This document shows positions 29,182 through 37,172 of a DNA stretch of 58,149 nt, one piece after another (position 1 is the stretch's first letter; every line of letters starts with the position of its first letter). Where the stretch lies: positions 1 to 58,149 of IMG/VR virus record IMGVR_UViG_3300020470_000561, one strand, 5' to 3'. Below the pieces are notes generated by a model that was given only the letters and a program-made list of their open reading frames with translations, did not search any database and was not told the DNA's origin. This stretch comes from a virus (taxonomy: Duplodnaviria; Caudoviricetes). The translations under genes were made by a program, and so were the position numbers.

Positions 29182-29441
29182 ATTGGAAAACCTTGTGCGT
29201 TTGTCATTTCACCCAGTGCTTCCTCCACAAACTGTCGTGTCCCAACAGGATCTGGTTTGAATTCTTCTGGACTTGGTATATCTATATTAGGATCTTCTCT
29301 AGTAACTGACGCAACAGGTGAGACAATACACACAATTCCGTTATTCGTAGTTACTCTTAAGGTATGTCCTTTCTCTACTAATTTAAGTGAGAATGGTACA
29401 CTCTCTTCAAATTCTGTTTGTGATAAATCTATAATATTCAT
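29178..29441 (-). CDS. hypothetical protein, Phd/YefM-like N-terminus
   Basis: Pattern I..TEF......LVEKG.TL.VT..NG.V.IV.P. Confidence 0.45.
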   Translation of the reverse strand: MNIIDLSQTEFEESVPFSLKLVEKGHTLRVTTNNGIVCIVSPVASVTREDPNIDIPSPEEFKPDPVGTRQFVEEALGEMTNAQGFPI

Positions 29442-29638
29442 GGTAGATACGTTATCATCTCCTCTGGTATGTATTCTTTAAATGTAGCTAGAGTCTCAGT
29501 GAAACCTTCACACCCCTCCTCATTGAAATTCCATTGTATAACTTCGTCTGCCCCATCGTCTGCCATAATCTTGACAGTCCTCTTAGGGATGTCCACCCAG
29601 ATGTGCTCTAGGTATTGGTTCTCATCGTAGTCATTCAT
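29438..29638 (-). CDS. hypothetical protein
   Basis: ORF track; own promoter upstream. Confidence 0.7.
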   Translation of the reverse strand: MNDYDENQYLEHIWVDIPKRTVKIMADDGADEVIQWNFNEEGCEGFTETLATFKEYIPEEMITYLP

Positions 29639-29662
29639 GGTGTAGAGAGTCGCTTCCTACCA

Positions 29663-29691
29663 AGTATACACTAGTTCAGGAGAACTGGCAA
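29663..29691 (-). promoter_or_regulatory. sigma70-type promoter TTGCCA-N17-TATACT
   Basis: 17-nt spacer, at the 3' end of gp5, ahead of the talC operon. Confidence 0.65.
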
Positions 29692-32397
29692 GCCATAGAT
29701 CTGACAAGGACCGAAACCACAACCAGCAGCAAGGTATCCAGTTGCACATGAGTAGGATGCCATCCCAGTGACCACCTGGTTTATCAGGGATCCTGAAGGC
29801 ACAAACTCAGCGATGACCCCAGTGGGTGCAGCTACGAAAGTGGCATGTAATGCGTTTTGTGAACCTGCTAGGATGTCTGCCATACTGGATGGGACTTGAG
29901 TACCAATCGAGATCCTAACCTGTGATGGTGGTGCAGCAGCAGGGAATGGTAGGTCACATGTGATATCCACAATAGCACCCTTAACCATAGTAAACTGACC
30001 AGTTAATGCAGCAAATGGATTGAATAGTGCAATAAACTCAAATCTACCTGCATTTAGGAATGATGTAATAAAGTTTGCTTGGTTAACTATCTCACCATCA
30101 GCAATATTTTCAATGGTATTACCTTCTATCTTAACGTTTTGTGAGTTAATCATTAACGATTCGATAGCAGCAATACTAACCTTAGCACCCTGTATCTTAA
30201 CCTCACCAGTATATGCTATATCATGGTCTCCTTCTTTTCTAGCAGCAGACTTCTGCTCAGTAGTATCATTAAGTTTACCAGTTAATTGTGGACCTGTTGG
30301 TGTCCTACCAAATCTATCAGCATCAGGTGCATATGGTATCTTATCTACTGGATAGAATCCACCTATATTCTGCTCTTTAAGGACTCTATTCCTCTCCATT
30401 GTTACAGCAGACCTATAGTTTAGGAAATTACCACCTGACCCTAGATTGTTTGCATTTGCTTGTTTCTGGGTATCATCAGATATCTGACCTGAAGTTACGT
30501 TAGTATCTGTACTATCAACAGCACCACCTGTACCACTGGTATCTGGACTATCAGACTCACCACCAGACTCAGACTGTGGTCCTTGTGAGTTATGCTCATT
30601 CTTAGCACCAGTTATCTCTTCATGGTAGTTACCCATGACCTTAAGATAGAAATCACCCTCAACTGTTAGACAGTAGTTACCTTTAATAGTCTCACACTTA
30701 TCTCTAGCAATAATCTTAGTCTGGTTGTTTGGTACGTTAATGTGCTCATTACCATGAGAGTCTTGGAAACTCGTTACACCACCTGGACCTGACGTTATCT
30801 GTTTCTCTTTACCTGGCGTAGCATCATTAATAACCTTAGACCCATTAAGAGTTGTCTTAGTCTCCATTAGATATGGGTTAATGTTTTGGAACATCTTATC
30901 GATGTAACTACCACTTTCTTTTCCTCCTCCACCAAACTGTCCTTGAGAAGAGGTGATACTAACATCATATAGATTATCTACATCAGCAAATGGAGTACCT
31001 CTAAGAGCATCATTGATGTTATCGCATGGCGTGGACCCTATCAGTGGGAACCACGCTTTAGACTTCGGCCTCTTTATCTTCCTATTACAACTCTTTTTAA
31101 ATAGAGCACCTAGAATTGCCATTAGGATCTGTAAAAGAGATCCCCAATCCAATGATGTGAAGTCAAACTCCATAATCATCTGGACTGTATCACCTAACGC
31201 CCTTGCTGCCCCTGCCATACCTTTAGCAGTACTAACAGCACTTATGACATCACCCGCAACATCTCTTACACGATTCATTGATGAAGTGATACCAGAAAGG
31301 ATACGGTTGCTTAATCCTTTAACAGCAGAATCGATTGCTGTTCCAATTGCAGACGTAGCTATCTTATTGACAGCTAACGCTGCCATCTGGTTCGCAAAGT
31401 TCACCGTATCCGACAACGCACTCTGCACCAGTCCCAACCACATTGGTTTCTTAGCACAGAATAAATCAAAGATCTGTGATAAGAATGACATCAACATGTT
31501 GATGACAACAATAGGAATGAACTGAGATACAATCTTAACAAGTATCGCTACAATCTCAGCAATTAGTTTTGCTAGTAATTCTTTTAGAGGTGCAAGGATA
31601 CCAGAGATACCACTGGATAGGAAGTTAATAATCTTACCTAGATGCTCCCTTACCTTATCTCCTGCCATCTTATTACCTGTGGCAACAGAAACAAATCCAC
31701 CTGGACCTGATGCCATGGTAGATGCCATCTCACCTAACTCAGTTAACATCCTTGTTAGGTCAGTTTCAAATCCTTTACCTGCTGGACCTGCAACACCATC
31801 ACCAATACCATTAGCATTAACTGGTGGTTTAAATGGGTTAGTTACAGCATTACCTGGTAATACTTGTACCGCAGTGCTGATACCACCTCTTGCTTCTTCA
31901 ATAGCACCCTTTGCATCGCCTGGTGTACTACTCTGAACTTTAGGGAAAGGATTCCCATTCATTTTATCCTTACCATCTAACCCTTTTTGTGAGTTAGTAT
32001 TAGTCTTATTCTTCTCAGCGTTTTTAGCGTCTGCAATAGTGGTCTTCTTATCTTCCTTATCTTGTTGGAAACCTCTGAACGCACCTAAAACGCATGGCAT
32101 CTGTGCTCCCTCACCATCGAGGAAGAAACCTAATACCCATGCACCTGGTTGTAATTCTGTTGTTGAACCTGCACCTTTAGTCTGTGGTTTGTCACAAGGT
32201 AACAGTACAGTAGCCCAAGGAAGAATCTCCGTTGGGACATCTTTAGTATATGCTTCTTTACTCTTACTACCTGTATACCAACCAAGGATACGCACCTTGA
32301 CACGACCCAGCTGTGAGGGGTCATCGATCTCTTCGACCTCACCTACCCACCAGGTGTATCCATCTTTTCCTAAAAAATCGGTACCAGATCTACTCAT
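29671..32397 (-). CDS. gp5: baseplate hub/central spike protein gp5
   Basis: N-terminal OB fold (WWVGEVE..DDP..LGRVKVRILG..LPWA..GFFLDG..Q.P) and C-terminal beta-helix repeats; no lysozyme domain recognised. Confidence 0.88.
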   Translation of the reverse strand: MSRSGTDFLGKDGYTWWVGEVEEIDDPSQLGRVKVRILGWYTGSKSKEAYTKDVPTEILPWATVLLPCDKPQTKGAGSTTELQPGAWVLGFFLDGEGAQMPCVLGAFRGFQQDKEDKKTTIADAKNAEKNKTNTNSQKGLDGKDKMNGNPFPKVQSSTPGDAKGAIEEARGGISTAVQVLPGNAVTNPFKPPVNANGIGDGVAGPAGKGFETDLTRMLTELGEMASTMASGPGGFVSVATGNKMAGDKVREHLGKIINFLSSGISGILAPLKELLAKLIAEIVAILVKIVSQFIPIVVINMLMSFLSQIFDLFCAKKPMWLGLVQSALSDTVNFANQMAALAVNKIATSAIGTAIDSAVKGLSNRILSGITSSMNRVRDVAGDVISAVSTAKGMAGAARALGDTVQMIMEFDFTSLDWGSLLQILMAILGALFKKSCNRKIKRPKSKAWFPLIGSTPCDNINDALRGTPFADVDNLYDVSITSSQGQFGGGGKESGSYIDKMFQNINPYLMETKTTLNGSKVINDATPGKEKQITSGPGGVTSFQDSHGNEHINVPNNQTKIIARDKCETIKGNYCLTVEGDFYLKVMGNYHEEITGAKNEHNSQGPQSESGGESDSPDTSGTGGAVDSTDTNVTSGQISDDTQKQANANNLGSGGNFLNYRSAVTMERNRVLKEQNIGGFYPVDKIPYAPDADRFGRTPTGPQLTGKLNDTTEQKSAARKEGDHDIAYTGEVKIQGAKVSIAAIESLMINSQNVKIEGNTIENIADGEIVNQANFITSFLNAGRFEFIALFNPFAALTGQFTMVKGAIVDITCDLPFPAAAPPSQVRISIGTQVPSSMADILAGSQNALHATFVAAPTGVIAEFVPSGSLINQVVTGMASYSCATGYLAAGCGFGPCQIYGLPVLLN

Positions 32398-32415
32398 TGT
32401 ATATAATGTTTTCTT

Positions 32416-32892
32416 TTATTTAGCAAGCCTTGTAAAAAGAAATTCACCTTCTGTCTCTTCTTTTCCCCAACGAAAGGCACCAGTCTCTAAATCATAACCA
32501 GTATCTATTGCTCTATACTCCTGTCCGTTGAATCTTATCTTTGAGACCATCCTTGTCTTACCCTGTATGCATTCTCCATCAAGATTCCCATGCCACCAGT
32601 TGTCCACATACTGCCATATGAAAGGACAAGAAGGCTTATCAGTAAGAATATTATACGTTTTGGAGTAGATAAGATTTTCATTTACCTCCTCCAAATCGTA
32701 TCTAATGATATTATAAGGGTCTTCCTCACCCTTATATTTGTACCAAGACTTCGCTTCAATCTGCCGTTCCGACAACATCGAAAGACGAATATCGATTTGA
32801 GGCCACCTTGAAGGGTTGCTCATCGCTTGTCTTTGGTTGCGATAATGACCTTCCATCAGGTCTATGAATTTCACAGTAGCAGCAGTCATCAC
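32416..32892 (-). CDS. cpeT: CpeT/CpcT-like phycobilin lyase
   Basis: GHY.N..QA..NP..WP.I, KSWY.Y....PY and D.G.D......WG motifs. Confidence 0.85.
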   Translation of the reverse strand: MMTAATVKFIDLMEGHYRNQRQAMSNPSRWPQIDIRLSMLSERQIEAKSWYKYKGEEDPYNIIRYDLEEVNENLIYSKTYNILTDKPSCPFIWQYVDNWWHGNLDGECIQGKTRMVSKIRFNGQEYRAIDTGYDLETGAFRWGKEETEGEFLFTRLAK

Positions 32893-33043
32893 AAGAATAT
32901 TGTTCCGTATACTTATCTATCTTCCTAATCAAATTATCATATTCACGTATCTGAAATGATGACCCTGCGTATTGTTGAAATTTAATACAAGCTTCTCTCA
33001 TTTGGTGAAGCTCTTGCTCATTAAACTGCATGCCGAATAACAT
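32756..33043 (-). CDS. hypothetical protein with CDDCCYC cluster
   Basis: ORF track; TAAATA box at 33058; overlaps cpeT by 137 nt. Confidence 0.55.
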   Translation of the reverse strand: MLFGMQFNEQELHQMREACIKFQQYAGSSFQIREYDNLIRKIDKYTEQYSCDDCCYCEIHRPDGRSLSQPKTSDEQPFKVASNRYSSFDVVGTAD

Positions 33044-33059
33044 CGTGACTCCAGTCTAT

Positions 33060-33287
33060 TTAGTCGTCGTAAACTAAGCACTCTGGCTCGTCTGGATGCA
33101 TTTCGCAAAATAGTTCAATAGCATTTGGATCGTGATGGTCACCTGCTGCGATCTCCGCTTTATGGTGCTCTGCATACACTTCGAGTTCATGAAGTTCTTC
33201 CTTGAAGTGACGACGTGCAGCAGGATTCAATTGCGGATCGTCAAGGATTTCGAGATCTCTCTGAATGTGCTGTTCGATTGTTTGCAT
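33060..33287 (-). CDS. cp12: CP12 Calvin cycle inhibitor
   Basis: C-terminal ELFCEMHPDEPECLVYDD. Confidence 0.95.
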   Translation of the reverse strand: MQTIEQHIQRDLEILDDPQLNPAARRHFKEELHELEVYAEHHKAEIAAGDHHDPNAIELFCEMHPDEPECLVYDD

Positions 33288-33311
33288 GGTTCCTATCCCA
33301 AGCTGTATAGT

Positions 33312-33333
33312 TATTTATACTAATATTATAGCA
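33312..33333 (-). promoter_or_regulatory. cp12 promoter: TGCTATAAT extended -10 and TATAAATA late box
   Basis: Both motifs lie in the intergenic gap. Confidence 0.65.
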
Positions 33334-33339
33334 AATATA

Positions 33340-34737
33340 CTATTCGTTGCCACTACGAGGTAGGGAATCCCTGACTAATTCTAGATCTGTTGTTATACCA
33401 TTTCTCTTGTAAGTATGCTTCAAACCTGCGATTACATACTTTCCACTAAACTTTTTATCTTGTTTTACGTTAGCACCTTTCTGTCTTGATCCTGGAATAA
33501 TAAGTTTAATTAAAGATCCAGCAACTAATCCAACGTTACCAGGAACTGTAATGTTTAACTTAATAGCACTCATTAATGTATAACGTGCAGATGCATACTC
33601 TGCTACTGACATATAATCATCATCAGATCTGGTACCATTATTAGGCATCGAATTGTTAGACTGATTCTTTAGTCCAGGTAATGCACGAAACTTAATCCTA
33701 GTTGGCTCTGATTCTTTTAAAAATTCTGGTGTCTTAAATGGTGGTACCTTCTCAACAGTAGATGCCTTTCCAAATAGTTCTTCATATGTCATCACCATAG
33801 CTTCATTCATAGTGCCACCTGGTTGATCTTCAGTCTTAGCAGACTTTGGTGCACGTGCATCTTTAGGTACTGGTAATGCTACACCTATAGCAGCAGACTT
33901 ATAGACACCCATCCTCATACTCTTCAGATGATTTGCCTTATCTGGATACTGTATATTCTCTATAGTAAATAATTTGTTTCCTGGATCAGTACCTTTCTGG
34001 ACATAATTGTATGTGTATATGTTTTTAGTAGCACCACCCTCACATATAGAATCAACAGATCTAAAATTAAATCCATGTCCATTCTCCCAGAAGAAGAAAC
34101 CAGATTGTTTCTTACTACCCTTGCTCTTATCTAGTCTGGTGATCTTATCACTAAGGAACATTATAGTATCTACTGGTTTCCAGCTAGGGGATATAAAAGT
34201 ATACTTTGAATGATTCTCAAAACCATCCTCCTTAATCTTCTTATCTCCTTTAAGATACTCTTTACAAATAAACTTAGGGATATTATCTACATCCTTAGCA
34301 CCCTTACCTGGTCCAAATGCTCTGAATACTTTAAACTGTTCATTATTATACATCTCTGGTGAGACAGTATGAAGAATATACATCTGTCCTCTCTCAGACT
34401 TAACAATACTACCTATCTTATAGACCTGCATTGTTACATCTAACTTCTCACCCTCCAGTGCACTATCAGTCGTAATATTAATACTAATCTTCTCACCACC
34501 TTGAAGCATTAAATTAAAATCAACTGCGTCTAAGATAGTAAAATCACAACGAAGGAAAGGAGACTCAATGGATTCTAGATACTCAAAATCCATTACCATC
34601 TCTTCTATATTCCACTTCTTATCATCCATGGTAACAAGTTCAATCTTGTTTACCGTCATCCCTCTGGAATTTTGGGATGCCTGACCCTTCAACGCTACTG
34701 TATTAGGGGGTGGGGATGAGAATGCTACAGTACTCAT
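33340..34737 (-). CDS. baseplate hub protein (gp27-like)
   Basis: ESIESPF, FFFWEN..GFNFRS, VPGN..L.AG, FSGKYVI..LKH motifs; follows the tape-measure genes. Confidence 0.75.
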   Translation of the reverse strand: MSTVAFSSPPPNTVALKGQASQNSRGMTVNKIELVTMDDKKWNIEEMVMDFEYLESIESPFLRCDFTILDAVDFNLMLQGGEKISINITTDSALEGEKLDVTMQVYKIGSIVKSERGQMYILHTVSPEMYNNEQFKVFRAFGPGKGAKDVDNIPKFICKEYLKGDKKIKEDGFENHSKYTFISPSWKPVDTIMFLSDKITRLDKSKGSKKQSGFFFWENGHGFNFRSVDSICEGGATKNIYTYNYVQKGTDPGNKLFTIENIQYPDKANHLKSMRMGVYKSAAIGVALPVPKDARAPKSAKTEDQPGGTMNEAMVMTYEELFGKASTVEKVPPFKTPEFLKESEPTRIKFRALPGLKNQSNNSMPNNGTRSDDDYMSVAEYASARYTLMSAIKLNITVPGNVGLVAGSLIKLIIPGSRQKGANVKQDKKFSGKYVIAGLKHTYKRNGITTDLELVRDSLPRSGNE

Positions 34738-34738
34738 A

Positions 34739-37171
34739 TCACATTAACTCCGAAGGATTAACTAAGAACTCATGTATAAGTCCAAACTTAGGTAACATAT
34801 ACTCGTGTGAATCATGCTTATCTTCACCTGGAATTGCTATTGGTACATCTTCTCCACCACCACCTGTCTGTATAGGTGGTGCATTAACTACATTAACACC
34901 TCCACCACCACTTAATGCTGCTGCTTGTAACTCTTTCTTCTTAGTAGTTTCATCTTGCTTTGCACTCTCTAACTTAGCACCTGTTTCCATAAAGGAACTA
35001 TCAAAAGAAGAATGTCCTTTAACCTTTTCTGCTCCTGTTGCAGGATCTTTATATACAAGTTGATGCTTCTCTAAGTATGCCTTATTCCTTTCTCTCATCC
35101 TCTCTTTAGTTGCAGCATGTGCATCACTAGACTCTAGGATCTGAGCAAGTTTCCTCTGATCTATATCAATAGTTTGCTTATTAATAAGCATATCTATTGT
35201 CGTACCTTCTGGTAACTGCTCCAATATCTGATCCTTATGCTCATGTAGATGATTAACATCTATAGCATAGGTATGCTTAATCTTTTCCTTCTCCTTCTGT
35301 GGCTCCTGTCCTGGTATCGTAGTAGTCTTAGTTATAAACTCCTTATAAGATCCAACTAACTGAGGTGGTTCTACTTCACCACCCTCTGACTTCTGTGGTA
35401 AGAAACCACCCATCAATGCCTGACGCATCCTCATGGCTGTCAGACCCTTATTCTTTCTAGTTGCTGGTGTATCAAATGGAACTACAAATGCACCACCACT
35501 AGACTTCTGTGCAACATACTCCCTACCATGTCCTATGAAACTGGTTGACTTACCACCATCAAGACTAACTGGGTAACCTGACATAGGACCATTAATCCAA
35601 CCACCCTTAGCAAGTTCCTGATACCATCCACCAGCTGACAAATGAGGGTTTCTATCTTTGTGAGCATCTCTTATAGTCTCGTGCCCATCAACTAATTTAG
35701 ATCTATCATAACCTTCTTCGCCTGGTTTCTTACCATTAACCGTAGCATATTCACTAACATCCATCACATCTTGGTCTTGACCATCTATATCAATATCACT
35801 AGCGTCAGCACCACCTCCTTTGGGAGTAAAGAATTTCAATACAGTAGTTAATGCCTTCATTCCTAAGAATAAGGGGAAGAACATTGTCTTGACACCTATC
35901 GACATTATCTTGGTTATCATCGGTAGATGAGGTTCCAATGCCGTAAGTATACCACTCATAAAGTCACCCAATACAACAAAGAATTGACTAAGATTCTTCT
36001 GTATAGGCTCCATTACCTTATTAAAGATCTCACCTACCTTTCCAATGAAGTCCTTAATAGGTGCAATAACTGGCTCTAATGCTCCACCTATTGCTTTACC
36101 TGCTTTACCTCCTAAAAATCCTCCAGCAGCACCTGCAATCATACCCATTCCAGGTATACCAGTAGCAGCACCCAACGCAGATCCTATTGCAGCACCTGCA
36201 CCTGCACCAACACCAGCACCTGCTACTTCTGCTCCACTACCACCTTCTGCTGACACTTGCATAGCAGCAGCAGATCCAGCAGCTAGTGACCCTAGCATCA
36301 TGCCACCTTTACCACTCATAAACTTACCCACCTTGGGTAAGAGTGATTTAGCTACACCTTTTATACCACCAGCAGCACCCTTGAACAGTTGAAATCCTTT
36401 CTTTATACCTGTTAGGGCTGCCTTCTTCATTCCTCCAAAGGCACCACCTAGTTTAGATATTACCCATCCTACCGCTTTTACTGTACCTATAGGATTCTTA
36501 AGGAATGCCAATCCTAAGAATAGTGGTGCTGCTGATAAAAGGAACTGTAATGCTCCAAACAATCCTTTCAGACTAATAGGATTCTCTAGGAATTTAGTCA
36601 ACCCATCTAAGGATGACCCTGCTAAGAACCCTACTATCTTAAATACAAACTTACCTATTCGTGCAAGACCTTTGAATAATGCTTCTACCTTATCAGGATT
36701 CTTCTCAATCCATTCAAAGACTTTCCACCCTGCCATGAGAGTGAATAACCAACTAGCAACCTTGACTATTCCACTGAATAGACCACCAAATGCTTTAGTA
36801 CTTCCCTTCTTAAATGCCTCTGCTATCTTCTTGAGTGCTGGTTGTGTCTCTGACTTATTCTCAGCATCATCTCTTGCTGCCTTACCTCTTCTCTTCTTCT
36901 CATCTACTTGCTTTGCTTTATCTCTCTTCTCCTCATTCTGAGCTATCTGCTCTTCTTTCTTAATTAATGCTTTGTTATTAGATATCTGTGTGGCAATGTT
37001 AGTCCTCCATCCCTCAACCATTGCTTGAGAGTTCAAGGAAATACTATTAAGGGTCTGACCCAAAGAGTTCATACCAGAGATGACAGCCTGCATACCAGTA
37101 TTGGTACCCTTATAAGATACCATCTTATACAGTGCTGCCCTCTTTACTTTAATAGTAGGTGCGTCTGCCAT
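34739..37171 (-). CDS. tape measure-like protein 2
   Basis: Long Gly/Ala/Lys-rich amphipathic helices and xxGG motifs; paralogous to the upstream gene. Confidence 0.65.
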   Translation of the reverse strand: MADAPTIKVKRAALYKMVSYKGTNTGMQAVISGMNSLGQTLNSISLNSQAMVEGWRTNIATQISNNKALIKKEEQIAQNEEKRDKAKQVDEKKRRGKAARDDAENKSETQPALKKIAEAFKKGSTKAFGGLFSGIVKVASWLFTLMAGWKVFEWIEKNPDKVEALFKGLARIGKFVFKIVGFLAGSSLDGLTKFLENPISLKGLFGALQFLLSAAPLFLGLAFLKNPIGTVKAVGWVISKLGGAFGGMKKAALTGIKKGFQLFKGAAGGIKGVAKSLLPKVGKFMSGKGGMMLGSLAAGSAAAMQVSAEGGSGAEVAGAGVGAGAGAAIGSALGAATGIPGMGMIAGAAGGFLGGKAGKAIGGALEPVIAPIKDFIGKVGEIFNKVMEPIQKNLSQFFVVLGDFMSGILTALEPHLPMITKIMSIGVKTMFFPLFLGMKALTTVLKFFTPKGGGADASDIDIDGQDQDVMDVSEYATVNGKKPGEEGYDRSKLVDGHETIRDAHKDRNPHLSAGGWYQELAKGGWINGPMSGYPVSLDGGKSTSFIGHGREYVAQKSSGGAFVVPFDTPATRKNKGLTAMRMRQALMGGFLPQKSEGGEVEPPQLVGSYKEFITKTTTIPGQEPQKEKEKIKHTYAIDVNHLHEHKDQILEQLPEGTTIDMLINKQTIDIDQRKLAQILESSDAHAATKERMRERNKAYLEKHQLVYKDPATGAEKVKGHSSFDSSFMETGAKLESAKQDETTKKKELQAAALSGGGGVNVVNAPPIQTGGGGEDVPIAIPGEDKHDSHEYMLPKFGLIHEFLVNPSELM

Positions 37172-37172
37172 A

